Part shown: piece after piece, positions 41,192 through 60,090 of the stretch
Position numbering within the stretch: position 1 is the stretch's first letter
Layout: each line of letters begins with the position of its first letter
Source: the human T2T-CHM13v2.0 reference genome, Homo sapiens
Length of the DNA: 64,000 nucleotides
NCBI RefSeq assembly: GCF_009914755.1
Contig: NC_060941.1
Direction: 5' to 3' (one strand)
Notes under the pieces: generated by a model
Told to the model about the DNA's origin: nothing
The model's database searches: none
Seen by the model: the letters and a program-made list of their open reading frames with translations, nothing else
Made by a program: the position numbers and the translations under genes

Positions 41192-41951
41192 GCTATTTTT
41201 TACTTTTGGACTGAACGTGAGATATTTCTCTTGTTTTGTGATATGGCCATACCATCTAATTATTTTCCTCTAAACCCCCAAGTTGCTAATATACTATAAG
41301 CTTATTAATAAAATATGTAACCGTGGCATGTAGTCCACCAATACATGACTCAGAAAAATTCCCAAATTTTTTGTCTAGTTCCATTTAGTTTAGGGCATGA
41401 GGTTTTCTTTCATGTTTACATTCTCTCTAGAATGAAGTTCCCCTCTCTCTCTTTCAAGGTCTACATGTATCCAGGACTACTAGATGAAAAACTGGTCATA
41501 GATGTTTGTTTCTGGTTTTTTAATGGAGAAGGGAATGGTCCACACTTGAGAATGGTTTATCTCCTTGAATTCCTTCCATTAGAATTTTCTTTCTTTCTTT
41601 TTTCTTTCTTTCCTTTTTTCTGAAACAGGGTCTCACTCTGTCACCCAGGCTGGTGTGCAGTGGCACCATCACAGCTCACACTGCAGTCTTGTCCTCCTGG
41701 GCTCAAGTGATCCCCCTGCCTCAGCCTCCCAAGTAGCTGGGAATACAGGCATGCACCTCCATGCCTGGCTAATTTTTGTATTTTTTGTAGAGATGAGTCT
41801 TGAGATGGGGTCTCACTATGTTGCGCAGGCTGGTCTCAAACTCCTGGTGTCAAGTAATCCTTCTGCCTTGGCCTCCCATCGTGTTGGGATTACAGGCATG
41901 AACCACCACATCTGGCCCCATTAGAACTTTCTAACAAAAGATGATCTTTCT

Positions 41952-41970
41952 CCTGCCCCCTAGAGGGCTG
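41952..41970 (-). promoter_or_regulatory. Candidate CTCF motif
   Basis: Reverse complement CAGCCCTCTAGGGGGCAGG, close to the CTCF core consensus. Confidence 0.5.
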
Positions 41971-42979
41971 TTTATCCCTTCTGTCAGTCCTTCCTTTCTC
42001 ATTATATCCTCTCCACTCTCTGCCCTCTGCCTAGGCCCAGCCTTATCCATCTGAGAGAGGAAGTAACCAGTAATTTGAGCATGCACAGAAGGCTCTGATT
42101 TGGGACCTCATGTCAGCAGTGTCTTTGGATTTTTGTTTCTGCTTTGTTGAGGGCTGAACAGGAAGATAGGCCCATGGGTTACCAGTGAGATAGAAAAAGG
42201 GGAGGAAAATACAGAGAAACAATCGGATTCACATTTTGGGATACAAATCCACCACAAATGCAAGTTTATAATACCTATGTGGGCTAAAAGTTTGTTCTCT
42301 CTCCTCCAGTCCTTTATCTTTCCTCAAAATGTGAACTTGGTATTTCTCCCTCATCAGTATCAGTTTCAACTCTCCTAAACAAATCTTCTAATTGTACCCC
42401 AATACTTTCATTGACCAAGTCTTCTCTTAATCACCACATACACACTGTAGTAGCGGCATCTTTTTCCAGCTATTCTTTTCTCTCCCTTTCATTTACCCTA
42501 GTTGATTCTAACCAGCCATCCCCAAGTGTATTAGGTACATTTTCAGTTTGCTCGCGAATTCTCATTTACTCACAATATGGCTTCTGTCTGCTTCCCTTTA
42601 CCAAGACAAGTCTTGTTTTGGTCCAATTAATGAGCTTTTAAAAAATCCATGTAGCTTGATACCATTGCTCACTCCTTCTGTGAACAATTAGGTTCTGTTA
42701 TTAATTAGGTTTGTACATATCACCATTTTTCTAGCATTTTAAACTTTCTGGTTCTGACTGTAATAATATCTTTGATAATTTTCCTTTTTTTTTTTTTTTG
42801 CTTTATTTACTCCTTTTAACCATCACAACAGTGGTCCTATACTTTTCTTTCTTTCCTGAAGATGATTTTAAAATTCCATTCCATTTTTGTAAATCTGTAA
42901 TGTTGAGTCTCTTTTGGATGCTCTGAAACAGGTTGCTTGGATTGTGGAATATTTTGAAAGACTGCTTATGAGGCAATAG

Positions 42980-43156
<177 letters not shown>

Positions 43157-43890
43157 TAAGTAGCCGGGATTACAGGTGGCTACTACCACCCTAGGCTAAT
43201 TTTTTGTATTTTTAGTAGAGATGGGGTTTCACCATGTTGGCCAGGCTGGTCTCAAACTCTCAACCTCAGGTGATCTGGCCACCTCAGTCTCCCAAAGTCC
43301 TGGGATTACAGGCCTGGTCTCAGGTTTTTAATGTAACCCAAAGATAAGAAATAGATTCAATGTCGTTAGGGACACTGACCTTTCTTCCCAGATTCAACCC
43401 ATTTATTTTCTATTTTTACTCTGTACTTGAGTTTTGTTTGTCATTGTAATTTGTAAACTCACTGGGTAGGAAATAATTGTTGATCTTCTAATTTAGAATA
43501 GCCCCAAGCACATGGTTATCATGGTAACATGCTTTAAATGTCCTTGGTTATAAAATGAACAATGTTAAACATCACTTGAATTTTTCACTTTTATTTTTCT
43601 TCATTCTTTGCTTGCAGGTTTTATATTCTATACTCTCAATAGGTGGTTCTCATACAAGAATGGGGTCAGTTCTATTAGAGTTACAAACATTGGAAGAAAA
43701 TACATTATTTTGGTACCAAAATCTAAATACTTCCATCTCCCAATGCAGTTTAGTGGTTATTAGTGTGACTTTGAATCTTGGCCCTCTTAGTTCTTTGTTT
43801 TGTCACCACAGGCAAGTTTCTAACACAAAAATTAGGGATAGTAATAACCTAACTGTATGAGTTTTTGTGAAAAATAGAGGAAATAATTTA

Positions 43891-44620
<730 letters not shown>

Positions 44621-44969
44621 TATCAGAAAGATTTGACTACTATGAGCTAAGTGGTAATCATCATTGGTCTGAAATGATGATTTTTAGAAAGTGACTTTAT
44701 TATATCACTGATAGAGATGCCCTATACTGAAATACTGAGATTACCAATACCTTGCCTGTACCACAAATGTATTTTTGCCATTTTGCTTTCTGTTTCTATA
44801 ATATTTTGAATTCCTAACATGATCCAGAAGGCTGGGAGATGCTCCTAATGAAAGAGAGAAACCTGGAATGTTCTCCTATTTACCAGATTGCTTCCTCTCA
44901 TACCCAGGTTTTGAGATATAAAGTTGTTACAAAGTTCCAACTTATTTGGTATCATTCAAAATCTGATGA

Positions 44970-45329
<360 letters not shown>

Positions 45330-46109
45330 TGACTTCACTTCAAATGAGCACAGAAAAATCTGGGGGCCCAACAACCTTATGGTACATCTTTTGAAGCCTG
45401 GTCAGACAAGAGGGTCTTTAGGTGATGGTGAAGTGACAGTTTTGAGTTGTCTTCTTTGGTAGTAAGTGTTGGCTAATTCTAACAGCAGGAACAATTGAGG
45501 AGTCCAACAAACAATCTTGTTCACATTGCAATGATTTTGTTACAGTTGACACTAATTTAAAAATTGGCAGGCTCTAGACCAGAAAGACCTGCCCCCAAAG
45601 TACCTTTTCTGAAAAAGTTGCCCTGCCTCAGATGCTGTGTATCTGTTGAACTTTTCAGCTACTGTGGTTTCCAAGGAATGCACCTCTATCAAAAATGAGC
45701 TTAATTCCTAAGGAAGTCAATTATTATTCCTCCATTCCAGCAAAGTCAACAAATATTGACAGCCCACCTTGAATCACTGTGCTGGGCCCTGGATGTAGCA
45801 GTGTTTTAATATTTCGACTCTTGTGGGGGGGGGCTTTACAATCTAGCTGGGCAGAAGAGGAAACATGCAAATAAATTAAAATGCAGGGTCCTATGAGGGA
45901 AATGAACAGCCTTGGTGACCTAAGTTTTGATAATAACATAACTAAAAGTTCGGCTCCACAACTCAGTAGCTGTGTGCCTTGGACAGGTCATATCAGATTA
46001 GGAAAGGTGAGAATGAGTTGAGGAACGCAGCACTCTGGGATCATGGTTCCAGCTCCGGGCAGAGGGTTACATCGTGTCAAGTGTGTGAAGGCAGAATAGC
46101 CTGCAGAGA

Positions 46110-46790
46110 CCACTGTGGCGTTGAAAAGAGGTGTCGTCGCGACCTTCGGCGCCGGAGAGGCGAAACAAGAGGGGGTCTTCGGGCCCTCAGGTATGGCTCA
46201 GCCGCCCAAGGCGAAGCGCACGTGGCAGTTGGCGGGAAATCCCTGGGGGGTGGAGCCTCGGCTCGAGGTCCGGCCGCCCCGTACCACGTCATCGAGCAGC
46301 TCCCCCTCCCCTTGCTACAAGTCGCACGCGCGGAAGTAAACACCTCTACGTCATCAGGGCGCGTCCTCGTCTTTCCCCTCCCATCTCCTCAGATCGGTGG
46401 ACGTGCTCGCCTCCACTCGGGGCCAGGTCTATGTCCCGGTTTCCCGCAGTCGCGGGCAGGGCGCCAAGGCGGCAGGAGGAGGGTGAGCGGTCAAGAGACC
46501 TCCAGGAAGAGCGGCTCTCGGCTGTTTGCATCGCCGATAGAGGTGCGGTCCGCGGGACGGTACGGAAGCCAGCGGGAGTTACGGCGTGGGGGTTTTGGTG
46601 GGGGGATGAAAGTACGCCTTTGGCAGGCTGAGAAGAGTAGTGAGGAAGCCGTGGCGTTCTCCTGGCTTTCCAAGCCCGAGGCGAACTTTGCGTCCAATGA
46701 GCACTTTGCCTTAGAGGGGGGCGGTCCCAGATTCAAGTTAGGCGAAAACCTTACTGGGGGGCGAAAAAGTGAACCCCAACGCCCGAAATG
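46110..46790 (+). promoter_or_regulatory. CpG-island, TATA-less promoter of DHX40
   Basis: Only CpG-dense non-Alu segment in the window; E-box CACGTG 46219-46224, E2F TTGGCGGGAAA 46229-46239, CRE-like ACGTCA 46286-46291 and 46348-46353, ETS CGGAAGT 46331-46337. Confidence 0.88.
46431..46542 (+). CDS. DHX40: DHX40 coding exon 1 ([37 protein letters not shown])
   Basis: ATG at 46431 inside the CpG island; translation matches the recalled DHX40 N-terminus; donor AG|GTGCGG at 46543; phase 1 joins exon 2 in frame. Confidence 0.93.
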
Positions 46791-47385
46791 CATTCTGTTC
46801 TTAAACAGGCTCATAGACCCTTTGTTCTCTACCCATTCATCCCCCCCACCCTTCGTCGGGCCGCCAGCCTGCCTTTGGGTACAGTATGAAGGGAGCCAGT
46901 TTCCAGGAGCCAGTTTCCATGGTTACCCACCACTTGGCCTTCTGGGATATCAGTCGCTCTGAACAGGGACCTAACTTGAACCATGAATCAGAAGCAAACA
47001 CAGGTGGCTTCTAATCCAGCTGAGAATTTTCTGCTGTGTTCCAGTTTTTGGTCTATTGTTAAATAAAATTGAGTTTTGTGCTTCTGTGTAAGTATGCATG
47101 TGTATACGTTGCCTTGAGCTATACTTGCTTTGAAAAGTACTTTGAGTTATGCGTGAACAAATGCTCAAGTTGCTGGATTTCACCAAAAAGTTGTTCTGGG
47201 CTCATTAACCCTCACTTACAAATTGCGCTCATTAACGCTCACTTACATGAGCGATTTAACTGAGAAGTCATGGATGATCCCGTCCAGCCCTAAAATTCTA
47301 TTGCCTTTCTGGTTTTAGTCATGAGAAATTGAGTCAGAGATATCTTTACAAGTCTTTTAATTGACTTGTTTTTCTGTTATTACAG

Positions 47386-47553
47386 AAGAGAAAGGATGCA
47401 CGTCCCAGGAGGGAGGAACTACTCCAACTTTTCCTATTCAGAAACAAAGAAAAAAGATTATTCAAGCTGTGAGGGACAATTCATTCCTTATTGTTACTGG
47501 AAATACAGGAAGTGGTAAAACAACTCAACTCCCAAAATATCTATATGAAGCAG
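47386..47553 (+). CDS. DHX40: DHX40 exon 2, Walker A/motif I ([10 protein letters not shown])
   Basis: Acceptor ttacag|AA, donor CAG|gtgatt, 168 nt; encodes [56 protein letters not shown]. Confidence 0.96.
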
Positions 47554-47997
47554 GTGATTTTTTTCTGTTGTAATAATTGGAAATATTTTAAAAATATCCT
47601 CTTTTTAAAGGCCAGTAGGACTTCTGTACTCCATGATTGCCCAGTATTTGCTTTATAGTCCCGCTTCTCTTGGCACACCCCCTTCCCCTATGTCTCCTTT
47701 GCTTCTTTATGGTCTATTTCAGGTTCAAGAATTAGTTGGGATGGCAAATTTTCCCATTTTTAATTACCATAATAATCTCAAATAGAATTACATCTAGATA
47801 TTCCATTTTATAGAATAAAGTTGTCTAGCAGTAGACTATTAACCATTGGATACTGAAATAATTTTGAGGGGTAAGAGATATGTGATATCTGTTGCTGCCA
47901 TTAGTACTTCTTGGTTCTTTCTCTAGAGCATTATCAGGTAAATATTTATCCCCTGACTTTGCCAGCGCAAGCCAACTAACAAATTACCTTTAAAATA

Positions 47998-49042
<1,045 letters not shown>

Positions 49043-49189
49043 TCATTCAGTATGACAGAACTTTCTGTCATAAGGTTTGTAAAGAGCAGTATTATATTGG
49101 ATATGATTTGCCTTAAAAAATAACAAATGTATTATTCTAATGCTTCAATCTAAGGTGCCATCTATTAAGATATATCACTATTTTATGTG

Positions 49190-49514
49190 CAGTAATCCCT
49201 TCTTATCCTTGGGAGATGCCTTCTAAGACCACTCAATGCCTGAAACTGCCAATAATACCAAACCCTGCATATACTATGTGTTTTCCTATACATACATACA
49301 TACTTTTGATAAAGTTTAGTTTATAAATTAGGCATAGTAAGAAATTAACAACAACAACAATAAAATAGAGCAGTTATGACAATATACTGTAGTAAAACTT
49401 TTGTAAATGTGGTCTCTCTCTGTCTCTCAAAGTACTGTAACATTTTTGGACCTCCACTGACTGTAGGTAACTGAAAAATTGGAAAGCAAAACCAAAGGTA
49501 AAGAGGGACTACTG
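49190..49514. mobile_element. MER44/Tigger7-like MITE
   Basis: TIRs CAGTAATCCCTTCTTATCC/GGTAAAGAGGGACTACTG followed by TA. Confidence 0.75.
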
Positions 49515-49708
49515 TATTAGTAAGAATGGAAATGCGCCATCGATTTTAAGATGCAGCTCCATTCCCAAATATATTAAAATGGTATATGGAAGGTGCATAT
49601 ATATATATATATAAATATAGATATATATATTTATTTATTTTTTTGAGATGAGATCTTACTATGTCGCCCAGGCTGATCTCAAACTCCTGAGTTCAAGCAA
49701 TCCTCCTA

Positions 49709-50134
<426 letters not shown>

Positions 50135-50338
50135 TTACTCTTGTGGCAAAAGTAAATTTATTTTGGGAAGTGTGTGGAATTTTATGAATTCTTATGTTTC
50201 AAAATTCTTGGCTTACCTTTAGAGTAGATTTTTAGACAGAAAAAAACAGACAAAGCCTGAATTCTAATTTAAAAAATATATTTTTTACAAAAAAATTAGC
50301 TGGGCCTGGTGGCAAGCGCCTGTAATCCCAGCTGCTCA

Positions 50339-50768
<430 letters not shown>

Positions 50769-50802
50769 CTACAGCCTAGGCAACAAGAGCAAAACTCTGT
50801 CT

Positions 50803-51078
50803 AAATATATATAATATACATTATATTATAATGTATATTTATATATAATATATAGTATATATTATAATATATTATAATGTATATTTATATATAATATATT
50901 ATAAATTATATAATACATATAATATGTTATATATTAATATATATAATATATAATATATTATAATATATATTATATATTAAATATATATTAGTATATAATA
51001 TATATAATATATAAATATATATAATATAAACTGGATTTATATTATATATATTTATATATTATATATATAATATATTTT
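50803..51078. repeat. (TA)n-rich low-complexity tract derived from an Alu tail
   Basis: About 270 bp almost entirely A/T. Confidence 0.9.
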
Positions 51079-51242
51079 TGCATGGTTATTAATATGTATT
51101 ATTTTAAATTAATATTTAAATTTCCATGATGCAAACATAGCAGTGTGTTTTTAATTTGCGAGATATTCTTTTGGAAACATTCAAGCAGTTTTGTGTTGAT
51201 TGGCCAAAAACAATTTAGCTCTAATAGGAAGACAATTGCTAA

Positions 51243-51569
<327 letters not shown>

Positions 51570-51810
51570 TAGCTGGGACTACAGGAGCATGCCACCATGC
51601 CCAGCTAATGTTATAAACTTAACAGAAAGAGTGGAGAGAGTTCTGAAAGATTTTTAACTTCAAAGTTCAATATATATTTTAAAGAATTTATTTTTGTTGT
51701 TCATTGTTAATGCTTTAGCTCTCAAGTGTCTGATGTTCATCCCATTTTCTCCTTCCTTAGTTTATAAATGACAGTTTATTTTCTTAGGATTCTCTTATTT
51801 ATGTTTTTTA

Positions 51811-52625
<815 letters not shown>

Positions 52626-53161
52626 CTGTATCTTCTGTTCTACTTTCTGTCTCTACAAATTTGCCTACTCCGGGTACCTCATTCAAGTGGAATCACACAA
52701 TATTTTGTACTTCGTGTCACTCTTATTTCACTGAGCATGTTTTCAGGTTGATTTATTTTATGTGTTTGTATTCTTGAAGTCAATGGAAAGCTGAATTAAC
52801 AAAATCAGCCAATTAACAAAATCAGCAAGTGTTAAAGCATCTTCTATATTCATGGCACCAACAAATTTAAAATTTTCTTTTTAATAGTGAATATTATAAT
52901 TTACATTCCCTGTGGATTTCTTAATCCTGTCCAGCTACAAAACGATCCCTGGTTTACATATGTTCCCTAATGGGAATGGCCATCAAATGTGGCACAAGAT
53001 GACTCCCCAAAATACTATCTTTTTGCCTTCCTAGTGGTCACTGTTTTTTCTTTCTTCTTTCCCTTGTTTTATGGATGTCGTTGCTGTTATTCCTACCCTT
53101 TGGACCTTTTTCTCACCCTGTTTTAATGCTTGTTGAGTAACACATTTTTATTTGGAGATAG

Positions 53162-53431
<270 letters not shown>

Positions 53432-53873
53432 TGACCTAAGTAACACATTTTTTAATAGAGAAGAGGAGAGAGTGGGTGGAAAGTATGCACCTACCATTTT
53501 CTCATTTCCCCCGAATCCTCTAAAATAGGGGCTGAGTCAGAAAGATAAATCTCATTTCACTGTTGTTTCCCACAACTTGCTTACCCAATGCCATTGCATC
53601 ATCTTGCCACTTTCCTCTGACTTTATTGTATTTCCTTATTGGTGATTTTTGTTGCTTTGTCCAAGAATACCCAAGTGAGTTATTTGTCCCTTTTTCTGTA
53701 TAGACAGCATGTTTTGTAACTTACCATCATTTTGTATACATAAGTTAGACTATTTTTATGTACCCTTTTGTTTAGTCAGAGTGGTTTGATCACTTAATGT
53801 TTGTACCTCTTGAGGAAAAATTTAGTTGGGAAAATAGTGGTGAATTCCTGTGACACTGCTGTTTGAACATTAG

Positions 53874-54032
<159 letters not shown>

Positions 54033-54497
54033 TAGTTTGTTTGGGTAGCTTTTTATTGTGTAGAGAATTGCCTCCTCTTACTTTTTAATTTAATTTAATT
54101 TTTTAGAGATGGAGTCTTGCTCCATCACCCAGGCTGGAGAGCAGTGGCACGATCATAGCTCACTGCACCCTTGAACTCCTGGGCTCAAGTGATCCTCCCA
54201 TCTCAACCTCCTGAGTTGCTGGTACTGCAGACGTGCATCACCATGTCTGGCTAATTTTTAAGAATATTTTTTGTAGAGACAGTGTCTCGTTTTGTTTCCC
54301 TGGCAGGTCTCGACCTCCTGGCCTCCGACCTTGGCCTCCCAAAGTGCTGGGATTACAGGTGTGAGCCACTGCACCTGGCTCCTACTTATATTTTAATGTA
54401 TTAAAATAGGAATTCCTTGGTTAGAATAGCAGTGTATCTAAAATAGTTTGGCTGTTAAGTGTACTTGTGACTTACTAGAAATTTACTTTTCTTTCAG

Positions 54498-54725
54498 GAT
54501 ATCTTATTTGGTTTATTGAAGAAGCTATTTCAGGAGAAGTCTCCTAATAGGAAGGAGCATTTAAAAGTGGTGGTAATGTCAGCAACTATGGAATTAGCCA
54601 AGCTCTCTGCATTCTTTGGAAATTGTCCAATATTTGATATACCTGGAAGGCTTTATCCAGTCAGAGAGAAATTCTGCAATTTGATTGGTCCACGAGACAG
54701 AGAAAATACTGCGTATATTCAAGCG
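54498..54725 (+). CDS. DHX40: DHX40 exon 5, motif III (SAT)
   Basis: Acceptor ctttcag|GAT, donor GCG|gtatta, 228 nt; [55 protein letters not shown]...AYIQA. Confidence 0.96.
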
Positions 54726-54945
54726 GTATTACTTGGCATTCATTTAATGTCTTTTTTAAATATCTATGATTCTTACTAATTGGGTGGTTTGATAATTCAT
54801 TTGTTCACTACTATTTTAATGACAGTCCTCACAGGTCCTAGAACTTTTAAGAACCAAATTTAATTTTTCTGTGGGGCAAGGGAAGTGGTGGTAAGGGAAT
54901 GACTGTATTTCCACTAGCATATTATGCCTGCATTTCTTGCTTTAG

Positions 54946-55012
54946 ATTGTGAAAGTCACCATGGATATCCATTTGAATGAAATGGCTGGAGACATCTTGG
55001 TTTTTCTGACTG
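54946..55012 (+). CDS. DHX40: DHX40 exon 6, motif IV (GDILVFLTG)
   Basis: Acceptor tttag|ATT, donor CTG|gtgagc, 67 nt; IVKVTMDIHLNEMAGDILVFLT. Confidence 0.95.
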
Positions 55013-55208
55013 GTGAGCATTCAGTATCAAGTTAAAAAACTTAAGTATTTGTAAGTAAGGAATGTGGCACCCAGATAGAGTGCTACCTCTGTTGGGAATT
55101 CTGTGCCCTTCTCAAGTGTTGCCCTAGCTTTTTCTGATTATCTGAATAATTTTAGGTAAAAGATAGATAAAAATTGTAAGCTAGCTGCCAAAGAGGATTA
55201 TATATATT

Positions 55209-55349
55209 TATGTCAAAGACATATGTTTATGTCAAAGACATAATAGTATGTATATATATTTTATGTCAAAGACATAGTAGTATATGTCAAAGACGTAATA
55301 GTGTATATGTATATATACACACACATATATGTCAAATGTCAAAGACATC
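55209..55349 (+). repeat. Dispersed ATGTCAAAGAC repeat, 5 copies within TA/CA microsatellite
   Basis: Seen directly. Confidence 0.85.
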
Positions 55350-56097
55350 AGGCTCATTAGTAAATATATGTAAAACACACTGACCTTTTAATAGAAAGAA
55401 ATTAAATAGTGAAATATTGTTTTTGTTGGTCTGTCTTAGATAGAAATGTAACCTGACTAAACAGACCTGAGTTAATTCCATTATTTCAAAGGACATTTCA
55501 CCAGGTTCTTCTTTGGGTGGTGGCATTGTACTGTGTGATAACAACACATAAGGTGTAGAATCTATGTGTCGTAGACAAGCATGTGGCATTTTTGGAGATC
55601 AAAAATAAAATAGTTAAATCCCAAACTAGTGGCATAACTTTTCAAATAGCAGCACCCTCCTAATAGGAATTAGTAGTTTCCTTGTTTACCTTTTTCCTCT
55701 GCCTTGTACTAATGTCAGAAGTGAGGGATTGTCACAATCTTTGCCTTTTTGGAGATTACTTAAGTATTTTGAAATTTAACCAAATGCAATAGCACCTGGA
55801 CTAGCTTTTCTCCTTTGTTAACAATTTGGTGAGTCTTCTCAAATACAGGGTGAAAAGCTTGACGATGATAAATATTTTTATTCCTTTAGAGATTTAGGTT
55901 TCTTAGAAACTGATGTTTCTTCTACTTCGAATTTTATTGTTGAAATATGGTACAGCTTATGTGTTCATCTCCTTTACATTAAATGAGAGATTTACAATAA
56001 CTTTTAGGCAAAATTAATTTTAATCTTGACATTTTCTTTATTTTTAAATTAATTTTTCTGTTCAGTTGCTGAAGTTATTTTTTTCTTCCCATTTTAG

Positions 56098-56229
56098 GCC
56101 AGTTTGAAATAGAAAAAAGTTGTGAGTTACTTTTTCAGATGGCAGAGTCTGTTGATTATGATTATGATGTTCAAGATACCACCCTCGATGGCTTGTTAAT
56201 ATTGCCGTGTTATGGATCAATGACAACAG
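56098..56229 (+). CDS. DHX40: DHX40 exon 7
   Basis: Acceptor ttttag|GC, donor CAG|gtaatt, 132 nt; [44 protein letters not shown]. Confidence 0.95.
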
Positions 56230-56636
56230 GTAATTTCTCATTAGAATAGAAAATTTGATTTTTTAAAAAAACTTTTTATTGAATAATCGTGTTTACAGAA
56301 AAGCAGTCAGATCTTAAGTGCTTAGGTAAGTTTCACAAACCAGTCTCACCTTTGTAACCCACATCCAGATCATGAAACAAATCAGTGAGAACCAGCATTC
56401 CTTGACAGTAGTGATTTTTGCCTGAAGTCTTTTTACATTCACTTTTTTGAGAGTCGTGGATATCCCCCTTATTATCGTTTAGAGTATTGTTTCTCCCAGC
56501 AAAACAAAACTATTGGTGAGAATTCTTTGAAATGAGGACAGTAGTTTCTTGCTGGTATTACTGTAAGTCAAAACCTAATTTGCCATTGCCACAGAATTTT
56601 TAGAAATTGTGTATATCCAGCTATATCTAAGTCTAA

Positions 56637-56983
<347 letters not shown>

Positions 56984-57538
56984 TAGCCATGCCTTAGTCT
57001 GCTTTTCAAGAATGATCCTGTTCTTTGGTGAATTCCAAGAGCAAATGCAAACTCTTGATTTGACATTTTGGTTATAGTAAATATTGTTGAATGAGGTTTA
57101 GAATTTGTTTTATAAAACTTTTATTATGGAATTTAACTTGTAAAGTTAAAGGGAAATTAACCTTAGCCTCCTATTTGGAGTTGGAATTAGCATTTGAATG
57201 TTTTTATATTTTACATGTATGCGTATTAACAGCTTTTGTTGATTGGGTGATTCTTATCCCTATATTAACAAAGTTTTGGAATATATGTGTCAGTAAAGAA
57301 CATAGATGTGCTATTTTGGAAATCTTTTTTATGATGATATTAGCTTCTTACTCTCTATTGAAGCATAGATATCTATTTTAGATTTTGTCATCTTCAGGGA
57401 AATTCTTAGGATCATTGTTTAAGGTTCTCATTGTTTTCTCAAGATTTGGTTCACCGATGCTTTTATAATTTACATTGAAACTGATAAAAACCCATTATGT
57501 TTGGTTTGTTATTAATCATTAACTAAATATGTACATAG

Positions 57539-57832
<294 letters not shown>

Positions 57833-58023
57833 TAGCCAGGATGGTCTCGATATCCTGACCTTGTGATCCTCCCGCCTCAGCCTCCCAAAGTGCTGGGATT
57901 ACAGGCGTGAGTCACCACGCCCGGCCTAGAAACATGACTTGTAATGAAAAATTAAGTTCTTCAAAACTCGAGTTTGACACATGCATGTTGTAAATTGGTA
58001 TTTTCTTTTTATATATACTTCAG

Positions 58024-58123
58024 ATCAACAGAGGAGGATATTTTTGCCACCACCACCTGGAATTAGAAAATGTGTCATATCCACCAATATTTCTGCAACG
58101 TCTTTGACAATAGATGGAATCAG
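58024..58123 (+). CDS. DHX40: DHX40 exon 8, motif V ([13 protein letters not shown])
   Basis: Acceptor ttcag|AT, donor CAG|gtaaaa, 100 nt; [33 protein letters not shown]. Confidence 0.95.
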
Positions 58124-59309
58124 GTAAAACTTTTGAACTTTCTCTTAAAGTCAAGGAAGCCTATCGTTACTAAACATTAGCTAAACATTACTGAGTTTGC
58201 TTTTCTGTGCCCTCCACTAATTCCCTTCTCTCCTACTTTTTGATGTTCTTAACATGTAATCACCTATTTTGTTTTGTAATTATTGATTGCTTTGAGCAGG
58301 AAATGGAGTAGGAGGTACATACTATATTCCTATTCACACTTTTTGTTTTTTTAGAGACAGGGTCTCATTATGTTGCTGAGGCTGGAATATAGTGACTATT
58401 CACAGGCGTGCAGTCATAGCACACTACAGCCTTGTATGGAGATCAGCCAATCCTCCCGCCTCAGTCTCCTGGGTAGCTGGGACCACAGGCATGTGTCACC
58501 GTACTTGGCTGTTCACACTTTTTAACTACTTGGCAACTTGAAGCTTCTTTTCAAATTTAAGATTATGTATAATGCTTTATGGGTTTCACTAAATAGGAAG
58601 CCAAACCTATTTTTCTGTACTCCCATTATAAGCATATACCTTAGATGATTTGATATTTCCTTCTACCTTGCAGCCTCACTCGGTAGAGTTAGTTTGTATA
58701 TCCAGTGTTTATCTGGATGTATTGTCTCTGACTTTTTACCTTTTTGTGAAAATTAACTATGATTCAGGTCCCTTATCTTTTCTGGATGTAGTAAATAGTG
58801 CTATCAAATTTTTGGGTAAATTTAGTAAGGAAACACTAAGAAATTTTAAGTCTGGACTGACAACTAATGCAAAGTTCTTTAAGACTGGGTTATTTATCAT
58901 TTACCGAATATATTTTATTTCTTTAGCTAAGTCTGATTGTCTGTCTCCGGAAGGCTGAACCTGAATCTCAAAGATCCTGTGTGTTTCTTCTGGGTAAAAT
59001 GATCACCCAGGTCTGAGAGGAAGTCTAATTTCCTCTGCTTTTCTTCGTTACTTTAAAAATAATGGTTTCACTAAGGGATTAAGGGAGTGCTCTCCTGGGT
59101 AAATTAACCTCTGTAATTTTCTGTTTCCTGCACAGGCAAAAGCCATTAAATAGCATGTTTCAGAATGTTGTCTTGTTACTGCTATCCTACTTTGGTTCCT
59201 TACCTGACTTGTTCACCATTTAATTGGCTTAGAATGGCATGTTAAGGGCTAGTTGAAATTAGATTCTGAATCTGTTTAAATGGTCTGAAGCTGACTTTCA
59301 AGTTTGTGT

Positions 59310-59732
59310 ATTTTTGTATTGAGGCAAAATTCACATAAAATTAATCATTTAAAATGAAAAATTAAGTAGTACTTAGTACATTTACAGTATTGCGCAACCA
59401 CTGCTTCTGCTTAGTTCTAAAATATTTCAACACCTCAAAATAAAACCCCATACCCATTAAGCAGGTACTCCACATTCCCCTCTTGACCCCAGCCCTTGGC
59501 AACTACCAGTCTTACTTTTTGTTTGTACGTATTTTCTTTTTTAAAAAATTCTTTAGATGTGTCAGCAGGAAGCAGTAGGTATTTTCTATTCTGGATATTT
59601 CATACAAATAGAATCATATAATATGTGGCCTTCTGTGTTTGCTTTCTTTCACTTAGCATAATATTTTTGAGGTTCGTCCACATTGTAGCATGTATCAGTA
59701 CTTCATTCTTTTTTGTGGCTGAATAATATTGC

Positions 59733-59765
<33 letters not shown>

Positions 59766-60090
59766 TCCATTGTGTGTGTATATATGCGTGTGTATATATA
59801 CTACATACATATATGCAAAGCAATTTGTTCATCCCTTCTTCCATTAATGGTTAATGGACATTTAGGTTGTTTTTACCTTATGGCTGTGATTCATAGTGCT
59901 GATATGAACATTGGTCTATAAGTATTTGTTTGAGTACTTGTTCTCAGTTCTTTTTGGTGTACACTTAGAAATGGAATTGCTGGATCATATGGTAATTTTG
60001 TGTTTAACTTCTTGAGGACCTCCGAACAATTTTCCACCTCGGCTGAACCATTTTACATTCCCACCAACAACATACGAGGGTTCCAATTTC
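59310..60090 (-). mobile_element. L1MB-like 3' fragment in DHX40 intron 8
   Basis: Same family of motifs as 474-1150. Confidence 0.8.

Noticed and set aside
45979-46962. 327-aa ORF across the promoter
   Set aside because: Starts at TTG, lies in a different frame from DHX40, and long open frames are expected in a GC-rich CpG island; no recognisable domain.
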